From NCBI GenBank assembly GCA_029936395.1, contig JAPYSW010000001.1, forward strand, positions 1,427 through 65,426: a DNA stretch of 64,000 nt. Direction: 5' to 3'. The position numbers and the translations under genes were made by a program. Shown piece by piece: positions 38,858 through 48,680 of the stretch (positions are counted from its first letter, which is position 1; each line of letters starts with the position of its first letter). The DNA comes from Candidatus Poseidoniia archaeon. GTDB taxonomy: Archaea > Thermoplasmatota > Poseidoniia > MGIII > CG-Epi1. The notes under the pieces are model-generated. The model was not told the origin of the DNA, made no database searches, and saw only the letters and a program-made list of their open reading frames with translations.

Positions 38858-41800
38858 ATGGTAACATACATAACTAATAGAAAAACTAAAGAAGAAGTTT
38901 TGAATGGTTTTGAACCTTTAATTCGAACTTGGTTTAATAACAAGTTTGATGATTTAACTCCGCCTCAGGCAATGGCAGTCCCATTAATAGAGAAAAATAA
39001 AAATGTCCTTGTTTCAAGTCCAACCGGGACTGGGAAAACCTTAACTGCATTTTTAAGTATTCTAAATAATTTTCTTAAACTCCACCGTGAAGATAATTTT
39101 GAAGATGGTGTCCATGCAATCTATATTTCACCGTTAAAAGCTCTCGCAAATGACATTGATCGAAATTTAAAACAACCTCTTGAAGAAATGATGGTATTGG
39201 CTAAAGAATTAGAAATAGACGTACCTGAAATTAAAGTAGCAGTTAGATCAGGTGATACGTCACTTAAAGAAAGAGCGCGGATGGTTAGGAAGCCACCACA
39301 TATCATAATTACTACTCCTGAAAGTTTAGGTCTTTTATTATCATCCAAAAAATTTAGAGACCATTTCAAAAGAACTAAATATATTATTTTAGATGAGATA
39401 CACGACTTAGCCAATAATAAGAGAGGCACACACCTATCACTTTCCGTTGAAAGATTGGCTCAGATTATCGATCGTGAACCTGTAAGAATAGGATTATCTG
39501 CAACTCAAGCACCTATTGAAGATATTGCGGGATTTCTAGGAGGGTACTACCAAGGGAAACCAAGGCATGTAAATATTGTAGATGTTAAGGAAAGAAAACA
39601 TTTAGACCTAAGGGTTCTTTGCCCTGTCGACGATCTTACTTTACATTCGACCGAAGTTATTAATTCGAAAATGTATGATCTTCTCGTGGATTTAATTAAA
39701 GATCACCGAACCACTTTAATTTTCACAAATACAAGAGCCGGAACTGAATCTATTTCATTACAACTTAAAGAAAGAGGAATCGAAAAATTAGCTGCACATC
39801 ACGGTTCATTATCAAAAGAAATGAGATTTGATGTTGAGAAAAAATTAAAAGGAGGAGAAATGGATGTCGTAATTTCTTCAACGAGTCTTGAATTGGGGAT
39901 AGATATTGGATATGTGGACTTAGTTGTTCAAATTGGATCCCCTAAATCTATTGCAAAAGGCCTACAACGTATTGGAAGATCTGGGCATGCTTTAAGAGCC
40001 ATATCAAAAGGTAGACTGGTTGTATTTGATTCCGACGATTTAATTGAATGTGCCGTTTTAGTTAGATCGGCTTATGCTGGAGAAATTGATCGTGTTTCAA
40101 TACCTGAAAAAGCTACTGATGTTTTAGCTCAGTCTATCATTGGAATGTCATTGGATAGAACATGGAATGTTGAGGAAATGTATAAACTCATAATTTCGGC
40201 ATACCCATATCGTAATTTATCTAAAAATGAATTTTTAGAAATATTGGATTTCTTGGGTGGAAATGCATTAGAAAAACACGGTGTTTATCCTAAAATTTGG
40301 TATGATAAAACTGTAGGTGAAATTGGAATAAAAAGAGGTTCACGTCAAATTTATAATATGAATATAGGTACCATTCCGCAGGAGATAAACTATGCAGTCG
40401 TCCTTGAAGGAAGAGGCGCCCAATTAGGGAACTTATCTGAAAAATTTGTTGAAAATCTATCCAAAAATGATATTTTTGTTCTGGGAGGGCGAACATATCA
40501 ATTTTTAGAATCGAATAGATCTACTGTGGTTGTAAAAGATGGACTTGGGAGAAAACCAACCGTACCTTCTTGGTCTGGAGAAATGTTACCGCGTTCTTTT
40601 GATTTATCTGAAGCTGTTGGAAGATTCAGAGGTGAAGTTGAGGAAAAATTAAAACTTACCGAAGAAGAAATTTATAGTTGGCTTGAAGATGAATTTAAAT
40701 TAGACAAAGGTGCTGCTAGAACTATAATCTCGCATTTAGATGAACAGAAGAAAATTTGTGGATTTATCCCTTCAGACAAAGATCTTATGGTTGAAGGATA
40801 TATCGATAATAGGGGACGGAATGGAGCAATATTCCATTTTCCTTTTGGTAGAAGAGTCAATGATGCTTTGGCAAGAGCATTTGCATTCCAACTAGGAAAC
40901 GAAATTGGAGGAAGTGTTAGGATTTCATTAAGTGATGATGCATTTTTATTAACATTTCCGACTAGATTGGCAATTGAAGGAATTGCTGACAGACTAATGC
41001 CAAAAAATTTAGAACCATTATTACGGAAATCTATTGCCAATACCGAAATCTTTGCACAAAGATTTAGACACTGTGCTAATCGTTCATTCATGGTTCTACG
41101 GAACTACAAAGGTAGAGAAATATCATTACCAAGGCAACAATTGAGAACCGCACAAGTTTTAGAAGCCATTAATGAAGTTGGTACTTTTCCTATGCTAGAA
41201 GAAGCATATCGTGAAGTATTACATGATGCTTTTGATTTAAAAAATGCACAAGTCATTATAGATGATATTGAAAATGGAAAAAGAAAGATTCATTACAGAA
41301 CTTATTCACCAGTTCCATCTCCCTTATCTCATAGTTTAATCCTATCTGGACTTAGTGATATTGTTCTAATGGAGGATCGTTCCGCCCTATTAAGGGAATT
41401 ACATTCTCAAGTATTAGGGAGAGTTCTTGAAGAAGGGGGTGGAGACAAACCTAGATTTGAAAAAGATATGATAGAAGGATACTTCAACGAAAAGAAACCT
41501 ATTATTGGAAGCAATGAAGGAGTAATTCAAGCGATAAAACAAATTGGTGGAATTTATCTATTAAATGATCAAGAAAAATCAATCTATCGCATGTCTGATA
41601 TGCCTACTACCGAAATACAAGAACTATGTAACTATATGATTGAAGAAAATATTGTAGAATCTGTATGGAATGGAAATAAGGATTCATTATTTGTTATGCC
41701 TGAAATGGTTCCATATTACAAGGCAATTTATGGTATTGATGAAAAATTATCAAAACAAGCTAAGAAAGTATATGACAAATTAGAAAAAGTAAAAGATATT

Positions 41801-44194
41801 AAATCAAAAAAAATCTGTGAAGAATTAGAACAAAACTATTTGGTTTGTAAAACTCCAAATGGAATTATAAGAAGAGATATCAAGACTACAATATCCTACG
41901 AAAAAGCATTAGATTGGGTAATTATCAAGCATTTGGGATTTACAGGTCCTAGATCTAAAGAGGACATTTCCTTAGAACTTAGATTGCCTGAAGAAATTAT
42001 TAATCAAACATTATACGAACTTGAAGAACAAGGCACAATACAAGGTGGAAACTTTATTTTAGGACGAAGTTCGCCACAATATCTCTTAGCTGAAGATATA
42101 ATCTACTTAGAAGCTCAAGCTTTAGGAAATATAGACGTAGTTCCAGAAAAAATATTAAGAGAATATATCGATCAAAAACTTTTCAAGAAATTTCCAAGTC
42201 TCCAAACTTTATTTGATCAACATAATGATGTTGCATCGCCTCGAACTGTTTTCCATAGATTAGAAAATCCTGATTTAGAAGAGTGGTGGGAATGGAGAGA
42301 CTCGGATGCAATATTACAAGGCCGATTTTCAGCCGGGAAATTGAGATACGTACCCGCCAATAGAGTTGGAATATATCAAGCTTTATTCAGAAGAGAAGCT
42401 GATGGAAAAATACAGAATTTAATTGTAGATATGTTAAAGAGAAGCCCACCTCTTTCAAAAAGCGAAATTACAAAAGAATTGGAAATAAAAACCGAATTAG
42501 TAGACGGGGCACTAAGAGCATTAGAAGAAAAACTCATGATTCATCGCTACAATAGACATAGAAATCCCTGGACAACACATAATCGTTATCGTCTTCTTAA
42601 TGAATATGAAGCACCTGAAAAACCAGAAAGAAAGTTAATGATTGATCAATTACGAAGCAATGGGCCTCTAACTTTTGCTGAATTAAGAAGAGAATGTGGA
42701 TTGCCACTAAATATAACTCGAAATATTTTAAATTCACTTCAAGAAGAGAATTTAATAGCGAAAATTGTAGTGGTTGGAGCCACCCGTCTCTTCACTTATT
42801 GTCTCAAAGAGGAAGTTGAACTCATTAAAAATACTATTGAGAAAAGAACTGTGCGAGTGACCTCATGGAGAGATCCAATCCTAACTCATATTAGAAGAGA
42901 AATGTATTCGTCATATGGTGAGGCATGGACTAATCCAATCATTTGTGGAGGAATGGTAGCCGGATATATGGAATCTTGGGCGATGTCAGGATTATTAGAT
43001 GTTAGAGAAGTAATTCTTGATGACGATACCCCAATTAGCGATTTCTTAGATGGTTTAGATGAATTTGCAACTTATCAAGAAAATTTCCACAGTAATATCA
43101 TAAGAGTAAAGGCTTTTGCTAGCACAAAAGTTGAAGATTTAGATGAAGATATTATAAACCAATTTGAACAGAAAGGGTACCAGAGAATACGGAATTGGTT
43201 AGTTAAAGGTCCAGTGATAAATAGAACATATCAAGAAAGGGAAATCTATGGATATTTACTGTGGAGACAATGTATACATCCTGAAAAAAGATACAATGAT
43301 GCCTCAATGGCATTCCGTGAAATGGGAGGAGTACGATCTGAATATGAATTATCATTAAGAATTCAGGGGCGTTTCTTTCATCCAAGAGATTATGGAAATG
43401 AAATGGAATTAGTTCAAGGAGTTATGATTCCAGGATACTCAACTTACTGCACCGTTAGAGATGCAATTATCTATCGTGATGCTCGAAATATGCCACCTGA
43501 ACCTGATGACCGAAGATTATTGGCCCTAGCTATTGATTCAAAAGGATTACCAAGAGAAGAATTATATCGTAGAAGTGGAATGGATCCTGATTCTTTCAAA
43601 CAATCTTTAGCTAGACTTTATCAATCTTTAAATTTAGTAAGAACTACAAGAGGAAACTATCGGACCTTACCAGTCAATCGAATCTATGAACCTGAAGAAG
43701 CAAAATTCAATGTTGTGAAAAGACTAATCATGTCATTCGGTATTGTTTCTGCTGAAGGGCTTGGAATGCTTTTGAAAGGTGAAATCCCAATGGCTGAACT
43801 TAGAAGTATTCTTCTAAGACTAGAATCTGAAGAAATTCTTGTTAAAGGATTTTTAAAAGAAGATAGTGATATACTCTATTGGATTCTAAAAAATGATCTA
43901 GAACATGTTAAAGGTCACTTATTTCAAGGAAGTTTCGTTCTAAATCAAGGCGACCGATTAGCCCATTATCTTAGTGAAGATGTTAAGCAAAAGTTTGGAT
44001 TAGGGGCATGTAATGTTATTTTTAGTTCAACGCGAATGACTGGAGCCTTTAAAATGTCAAAAAGAGGTAAGGATGTCACTATAACTGAATTTAAGGGAAC
44101 AAATCATGAGAGGCATGTTATCGAAGCATGGTGCCGTCAATGGAGACTCAATTTAGAATGGGAACTCAAAACTGATGAAAAGGTTGAAGTTTAA
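38858..44194 (+). CDS. lhr: Lhr-type large ATP-dependent helicase (long, bacterial-type, with a multi-winged-helix C-terminal region)
   Basis: 1778 aa. The Lhr-core N-terminus has Walker A SSPTGTGKT, DEIH (ILDEIHDLAN), motif VI (QRIGRSGH) and Lhr domain 4. The ~900-aa C-terminal extension has repeated WH-like segments. Confidence 0.85.
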   Translation: MVTYITNRKTKEEVLNGFEPLIRTWFNNKFDDLTPPQAMAVPLIEKNKNVLVSSPTGTGKTLTAFLSILNNFLKLHREDNFEDGVHAIYISPLKALANDIDRNLKQPLEEMMVLAKELEIDVPEIKVAVRSGDTSLKERARMVRKPPHIIITTPESLGLLLSSKKFRDHFKRTKYIILDEIHDLANNKRGTHLSLSVERLAQIIDREPVRIGLSATQAPIEDIAGFLGGYYQGKPRHVNIVDVKERKHLDLRVLCPVDDLTLHSTEVINSKMYDLLVDLIKDHRTTLIFTNTRAGTESISLQLKERGIEKLAAHHGSLSKEMRFDVEKKLKGGEMDVVISSTSLELGIDIGYVDLVVQIGSPKSIAKGLQRIGRSGHALRAISKGRLVVFDSDDLIECAVLVRSAYAGEIDRVSIPEKATDVLAQSIIGMSLDRTWNVEEMYKLIISAYPYRNLSKNEFLEILDFLGGNALEKHGVYPKIWYDKTVGEIGIKRGSRQIYNMNIGTIPQEINYAVVLEGRGAQLGNLSEKFVENLSKNDIFVLGGRTYQFLESNRSTVVVKDGLGRKPTVPSWSGEMLPRSFDLSEAVGRFRGEVEEKLKLTEEEIYSWLEDEFKLDKGAARTIISHLDEQKKICGFIPSDKDLMVEGYIDNRGRNGAIFHFPFGRRVNDALARAFAFQLGNEIGGSVRISLSDDAFLLTFPTRLAIEGIADRLMPKNLEPLLRKSIANTEIFAQRFRHCANRSFMVLRNYKGREISLPRQQLRTAQVLEAINEVGTFPMLEEAYREVLHDAFDLKNAQVIIDDIENGKRKIHYRTYSPVPSPLSHSLILSGLSDIVLMEDRSALLRELHSQVLGRVLEEGGGDKPRFEKDMIEGYFNEKKPIIGSNEGVIQAIKQIGGIYLLNDQEKSIYRMSDMPTTEIQELCNYMIEENIVESVWNGNKDSLFVMPEMVPYYKAIYGIDEKLSKQAKKVYDKLEKVKDIKSKKICEELEQNYLVCKTPNGIIRRDIKTTISYEKALDWVIIKHLGFTGPRSKEDISLELRLPEEIINQTLYELEEQGTIQGGNFILGRSSPQYLLAEDIIYLEAQALGNIDVVPEKILREYIDQKLFKKFPSLQTLFDQHNDVASPRTVFHRLENPDLEEWWEWRDSDAILQGRFSAGKLRYVPANRVGIYQALFRREADGKIQNLIVDMLKRSPPLSKSEITKELEIKTELVDGALRALEEKLMIHRYNRHRNPWTTHNRYRLLNEYEAPEKPERKLMIDQLRSNGPLTFAELRRECGLPLNITRNILNSLQEENLIAKIVVVGATRLFTYCLKEEVELIKNTIEKRTVRVTSWRDPILTHIRREMYSSYGEAWTNPIICGGMVAGYMESWAMSGLLDVREVILDDDTPISDFLDGLDEFATYQENFHSNIIRVKAFASTKVEDLDEDIINQFEQKGYQRIRNWLVKGPVINRTYQEREIYGYLLWRQCIHPEKRYNDASMAFREMGGVRSEYELSLRIQGRFFHPRDYGNEMELVQGVMIPGYSTYCTVRDAIIYRDARNMPPEPDDRRLLALAIDSKGLPREELYRRSGMDPDSFKQSLARLYQSLNLVRTTRGNYRTLPVNRIYEPEEAKFNVVKRLIMSFGIVSAEGLGMLLKGEIPMAELRSILLRLESEEILVKGFLKEDSDILYWILKNDLEHVKGHLFQGSFVLNQGDRLAHYLSEDVKQKFGLGACNVIFSSTRMTGAFKMSKRGKDVTITEFKGTNHERHVIEAWCRQWRLNLEWELKTDEKVEV

Positions 44195-45009
44195 GTAAAT
44201 TCTCTATACACCCTATCAGGTACTTTAGAATGAATATTATTTGCTTGTTTTTCGGTTATAATTCCCTCCTCTAAAGCTCTAATTGTCTTACGAGGAACTG
44301 ATTTTGGCCCCATTACAGCACCCGGTCTATTGGGATCATCCAAATAGTCTGTTTCCAACATAAAATCTGATTTTTGAACTGCTGCATAACGTATATTTGT
44401 TAAAGAAGTAGTCAATGATACGACTAAGCCATTCGGATCTTCTATCGAACCGGGACCTCCATAATGTTTTACCAAACGGTCTTTTGGAAAATTAGCCTTA
44501 GACGCAAGGGCTGCTAAATCTGCCATAACTTCAGGCGTACCAGTTTCAGTATGAAGTACAACTGAAGCGTCAACTTCTTTTGCCCGGGATAATGATTCAA
44601 ATAATACTTTATTAGATAATTCCCAAGTTTTGGGCTCGACTGTAAAATGGGGGCGGCCTAGTTCTCCCAAACCTACTATTTCATTCTCATCAACTAAATT
44701 TGTACAATGACTTACTGCCTCAATATATAATTCTGATGCCTCTAAGGGTGACTTAGAATCTAACAATTTCACTAGCGTTACGGGATGTGGAGATGCTACT
44801 ACTGCAACCTTAACACCAACCTCGCGGGCTTTTGAAGCTAAGGTTAGAGTTGTATTAACTTGTTCTTTAAAGTCTTCAAGCCTTACCCAAGCCTCATATG
44901 GCTTATGAACTAAAACCAATCGTGTTCCGCCGGCATTTAGAAAATCTTTAACTGCTAATTCCTTTCTACCCTCTGGATCCAAATGAAAATGATTGTCTGT
45001 GATTTCCAC
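44191..45009 (-). CDS. TatD-family metal-dependent hydrolase
   Basis: 272 aa with DNHFHLD (HxH), VGLGELG, LHTETG and LETDYLD motifs. Confidence 0.65.
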   Translation of the reverse strand: MEITDNHFHLDPEGRKELAVKDFLNAGGTRLVLVHKPYEAWVRLEDFKEQVNTTLTLASKAREVGVKVAVVASPHPVTLVKLLDSKSPLEASELYIEAVSHCTNLVDENEIVGLGELGRPHFTVEPKTWELSNKVLFESLSRAKEVDASVVLHTETGTPEVMADLAALASKANFPKDRLVKHYGGPGSIEDPNGLVVSLTTSLTNIRYAAVQKSDFMLETDYLDDPNRPGAVMGPKSVPRKTIRALEEGIITEKQANNIHSKVPDRVYREFT

Positions 45010-45095
45010 AAATAAGTAACTAGATGACTACGTATAGGCTTTACTAATTTGTCAGCATAATTTTTATATCATGTGTCTGTTAGAATAATAATAGT

Positions 45096-47189
45096 ATGGC
45101 CTCTCTAAGAACTTTCATGCTTTGGGCATTGATGATTAGTCTAAGCCTTGTCATGGGCTCAGCAAGCGCTGACGATGAATACGAATTTAGGTTTGATGAT
45201 CCGGTTAACGGAGAAGGGAATGTAGACCCTGATGATACAATTGATTTAAATGTATCTATTGAAAATTATTTAGATATTCAACATGAATTCGAATTATTCA
45301 TAACCAATGCTAATGATTTAGATAGTTCGGGACTAGATGTTTGGTGGAGCAGTGATGGACAAGATGATATTTCATCCGAATCTACTACACTACCTTCCGT
45401 TGAAGTTCCAGATGCTTCTGTAAGAGAAGGAATAACGGTTAGTGTTAGAGCTACGAGTACTGCACTCTATGGAACATATGATATTAATTTAAAATGCCGT
45501 GATAAAGACAATAGTGATCCTGAAGGAACGAAACAATTACAGACATTATCTGTAAGTGTTAATGAAAAAACTGGAGTCTCTTTAGGGGTAGCCGAAAGTG
45601 GAACTAATCAAGGCTCGGTAGATGTAGATAGTGAAACTACATATTTAATTCAAGTTAATAATGTTGGAAATAAAGAAGATACTATTAGTCTTTCATATTC
45701 TTTAAATGATTGGGATGCTGATTTTAATACGAATTCTATTACAATTCAGCCTTTCTCAAGCCAAAATGTAATTTTAACAATTGGAACTGATAGTAATGTT
45801 GAATATGGTGATAATGACGACATAACTATAATGGGAACTTCTGGAAATTCAGGAGATAAAAAAGATACTTTAGATTTAACGACCTATGTTAGAGTATTAT
45901 ATGGTCTAGACCTTACTGCCACGACCGTTACCAAAACGGGAGAGCCTGGAGAAAAAATAATTTTTAATTTTCAAATAATGAATAAATGGTCTGATAACGT
46001 AGATTTCGAAATAACAAAAAAAGAGTGGTATAGAGGATCCATAGACAATCCTCCACAAGGATGGACCTCTATTGATGGAACGGGACTATTGGATGCCTTT
46101 GAAGAAACAACAACCTCGAGTACTGAAAGCTTATCTGTTACAATATCTTCTAGCGCAGATGCTGGTGAAGTTATAACTATTATTGTAATTGCTAAAGTTA
46201 CAACTTGTCCAGCAATATTACTCGATACTTGTGCAATACAAACGGAAATTGAAGTACGTGTTGAAGGTAATTATAATATTAAACTGAAATTGCCTCAAAG
46301 TGATCAAATAAATTTAGATGCAGGAATATCCGTTAGTACTTCAAAATATGTAGAAGTTATTAACCATGCTAAAGTTAGTGATTACATTACAGTTACTGCA
46401 ACTTGGGAAATTGGAGGTAATGATTGGACTCTAGATATCCCTGAACCGTTTGTAGTTGATGCGGGAGGAAGTAGTATAGAAAAAGGAACTCCTGTATTTA
46501 TTAAAGTAAAAGCTCCGGAGAGTGCTATAGATAATACCGCTATTTTAAAAATTAGAGTTACATCTGGTGGAGATAATACAAAATATGATGAAGCAAGTAT
46601 AACATTTAGCGTTAACTCTGCTGCAAGCACTTCAGGGCCTGAAACTGAAAAATTAGACGAAGAGGGTGGCTTACCTATTGACCCTATTTGGTTAGTTTCA
46701 ATTGTTCTTATAATTGGTTTAGGAAGTGCTGCAGTCTTTGGTCTTCAACAAAGATCAAAAGGAGCCTTTGGAGGTTCTGAGGAAAATACGGATGATTTTA
46801 GTGATGAATGGGCAGGTATGGAAGGTGCTACTGGAGCACCTCAACCTATAGCTCCACCTCAACCTGTGGCTCCGCCTCCTGCACAACAAGCCCCTCTACA
46901 ACCTGTGGCTCCACCTCCTGCACAAACACCACAACCTGTAGCTCCACCTCCGGCTGAAGCTCCACCGAGTATGGCTGCAATTCCACAACCTGTAGCTCCA
47001 CCTCCTGTACAAGCACCTCCACAACCTGTAGCTCCACCTCCGGTCGCACCAACAATATTGACTGTTACAGTACCAGCAGGAGTCGTGGCTGGACAACAAA
47101 TACAAATTAAAGCCCCAACTGGACAATTAGTGAACGTAAAGGTTCCTGAAGGGTGTGGACCTGGTTCTCAATTTAAGATACAAATTTAA
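45096..47189 (+). CDS. Secreted acidic type-I membrane protein with a cytoplasmic Pro-rich PQPVAPPP repeat tail
   Basis: 697 aa with a signal peptide (MASLRTFMLWALMISLSLVMGSASA) and a large acidic Ig-like/beta-rich ectodomain. There is a single TM helix (IWLVSIVLIIGLGSAAVFGL), then 8 imperfect PQPVAPPP repeats, and it ends ...GCGPGSQFKIQI. Confidence 0.7.
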   Translation: MASLRTFMLWALMISLSLVMGSASADDEYEFRFDDPVNGEGNVDPDDTIDLNVSIENYLDIQHEFELFITNANDLDSSGLDVWWSSDGQDDISSESTTLPSVEVPDASVREGITVSVRATSTALYGTYDINLKCRDKDNSDPEGTKQLQTLSVSVNEKTGVSLGVAESGTNQGSVDVDSETTYLIQVNNVGNKEDTISLSYSLNDWDADFNTNSITIQPFSSQNVILTIGTDSNVEYGDNDDITIMGTSGNSGDKKDTLDLTTYVRVLYGLDLTATTVTKTGEPGEKIIFNFQIMNKWSDNVDFEITKKEWYRGSIDNPPQGWTSIDGTGLLDAFEETTTSSTESLSVTISSSADAGEVITIIVIAKVTTCPAILLDTCAIQTEIEVRVEGNYNIKLKLPQSDQINLDAGISVSTSKYVEVINHAKVSDYITVTATWEIGGNDWTLDIPEPFVVDAGGSSIEKGTPVFIKVKAPESAIDNTAILKIRVTSGGDNTKYDEASITFSVNSAASTSGPETEKLDEEGGLPIDPIWLVSIVLIIGLGSAAVFGLQQRSKGAFGGSEENTDDFSDEWAGMEGATGAPQPIAPPQPVAPPPAQQAPLQPVAPPPAQTPQPVAPPPAEAPPSMAAIPQPVAPPPVQAPPQPVAPPPVAPTILTVTVPAGVVAGQQIQIKAPTGQLVNVKVPEGCGPGSQFKIQI
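46839..47050 (+). repeat. Imperfect in-frame tandem DNA repeat (about 24-27 nt units) encoding PQPVAPPP(A/V)Q
   Basis: The units cctcaacctgtggctccacctcctgcacaa, ccacaacctgtagctccacctccggctgaa and similar recur about 8 times. This region produces the spurious minus-strand ORFs 46846..47055 and 46896..47126. Confidence 0.8.
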
Positions 47190-47265
47190 GCAGGCGTGGT
47201 CTAGTCTGGTATGACTAGGGGTTTCCAACCCCTCAACCTGGGTTCAAATCCCGGCGCCTGCACCA
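47190..47265 (+). tRNA. tRNA-Gly (anticodon UCC)
   Basis: Hand fold with acceptor GCAGGCG/CGCCTGC, anticodon stem AGGGG/CCCCT and loop TTTCCAA, T-arm CTGGG-TTCAAAT-CCCGG, discriminator A and an encoded CCA. It starts 1 nt after the stop of the upstream surface-protein gene. Confidence 0.75.
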
Positions 47266-47311
47266 AAGTTATGGTAAAAGAATTTATAACAGCACATATA
47301 ATTTAGGTAAT

Positions 47312-48370
47312 ATGAAATACTTGTCCATCTGGATTATGAGCATACTCCTTTTTTCAGGATGCTTAGACTTTCTTGATGAAGATAATGAAAATAGCGCACC
47401 GCTAGCTGTAATCAAAATTGAAGGGGATTCTCCTTTTGAACCTGATACTGACATTATATTTTCAGGTAAAGGAAGCAGTGATCCCGATAATGATGTTTTA
47501 GAATACTACTGGGATTTTGATCAAAGTGATGGTAAAGATGAAAATAAGATAGGACAAATTAATAATTATGGGGAAATTATTCACTACTATTCCATTGAAA
47601 AAACATACACCGTAACATTAACTGTTAGTGATGGAGATAAGACGACCTCAACCACAAAAAATATTAAAATTGAAAAAAATGCAAATGATATTAGGGCTGT
47701 AGTCAATACTGATGATGAGACTGAATCGGTAATGAATGGTGAAGAGCAAATAAGCTATACCTTCTCAGCTGCAGAATCAGAGTCTGAAAGTAGCATCATA
47801 AAATATGAATGGGATTTTTCCTATGACTCTTCAGAAGGTTTTACCGTTGATAAAGAATCATCAGATCCCGAAATTACTAGAGAATTTGATTCCGGATTAT
47901 ATATAATTAAAGTTAGAATTACCAATGAAATGGGAGAAAGTGATGAATCTAGTTATTCAGACGATATTGATTTGAAAATAAATTATGATTATAAAACTAC
48001 GAGAACTATAGATTCAGGACAACAAGAGCACATGTTCCAACTTTATGGATTGCCTGCAAGATATATTCGAGCAACATTAGAATATGAAAGTAATTCAGTA
48101 CATACAAAAGATTTAGATTTATATTTATACAATACTACACAAAATAGAAATCCGGATGATAGTGATGATGAACATGTAGACAGCAATACTACACACAATA
48201 ATGATGATATTGAGCAGATAAATATTATTGAATTAGACTATTATAACAGTACTGACCGTTCTTGGTTCGATGAATCTCATGAGTTAGGAGATTGGACTAT
48301 TGTCATCGATCACGAAAGAACCGGTTCATCCGAATATACTATTAGAATTGAAGTTATCTATTGGGAATAA
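47312..48370 (+). CDS. Secreted lipoprotein-like protein with PKD/Ig-like repeats (acidic)
   Basis: 352 aa. A signal peptide ends in LFSGC (lipobox-like), and two YYWDFDQSDG / YEWDFSYDSSEG motifs resemble PKD WDFGDG cores. Confidence 0.6.
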   Translation: MKYLSIWIMSILLFSGCLDFLDEDNENSAPLAVIKIEGDSPFEPDTDIIFSGKGSSDPDNDVLEYYWDFDQSDGKDENKIGQINNYGEIIHYYSIEKTYTVTLTVSDGDKTTSTTKNIKIEKNANDIRAVVNTDDETESVMNGEEQISYTFSAAESESESSIIKYEWDFSYDSSEGFTVDKESSDPEITREFDSGLYIIKVRITNEMGESDESSYSDDIDLKINYDYKTTRTIDSGQQEHMFQLYGLPARYIRATLEYESNSVHTKDLDLYLYNTTQNRNPDDSDDEHVDSNTTHNNDDIEQINIIELDYYNSTDRSWFDESHELGDWTIVIDHERTGSSEYTIRIEVIYWE

Positions 48371-48383
48371 TTGAGTAAATAAA

Positions 48384-48662
48384 GTGTTTGAAATTTTTAA
48401 GCCATGCCTGAATTGCAAATCTTTTGTTCTAAAACCCAAAACGGATTTGAAACTAAACTTAGATAATATTAGGAATGTTATTAAAGAAAACGGATTTATT
48501 ATAAAAGTATATACTGGTTCTTTATTATCTGTATTCAAAGAATGTAAAATAAATATTTATAGTTCAGGAAAAGTAGTTGCAATTACAAAAAATCACGAGC
48601 TAATTAAAAATATTAAAACCGAATTAAGCAGTATTTTATATCCTTACATACAATCTGATTAA
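48384..48662 (+). CDS. Hypothetical small protein
   Basis: 92 aa with no recognisable motif. It sits inside a tightly packed same-strand gene string. Confidence 0.3.
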   Translation: MFEIFKPCLNCKSFVLKPKTDLKLNLDNIRNVIKENGFIIKVYTGSLLSVFKECKINIYSSGKVVAITKNHELIKNIKTELSSILYPYIQSD

Positions 48663-48680
48663 ACATAAGAGTGGTAAAAA

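Noticed and set aside
46846-47126. Minus-strand ORFs 46846..47055 and 46896..47126 (VELQ and WSYRLW repeats), and the possibility of a CRISPR-like or minisatellite locus
   Set aside because: They are reverse-frame artefacts of the in-frame PQPVAPPP tandem repeat within the surface-protein gene. The repeat units are not separated by unique spacers, and no cas genes are present.
38672-47311. Integrated element or provirus at tRNA-Thr or tRNA-Gly
   Set aside because: No integrase, recombinase, direct repeat of the tRNA 3-prime end or phage-like genes flank either tRNA. The neighbours are housekeeping genes (lhr, aIF2-beta).
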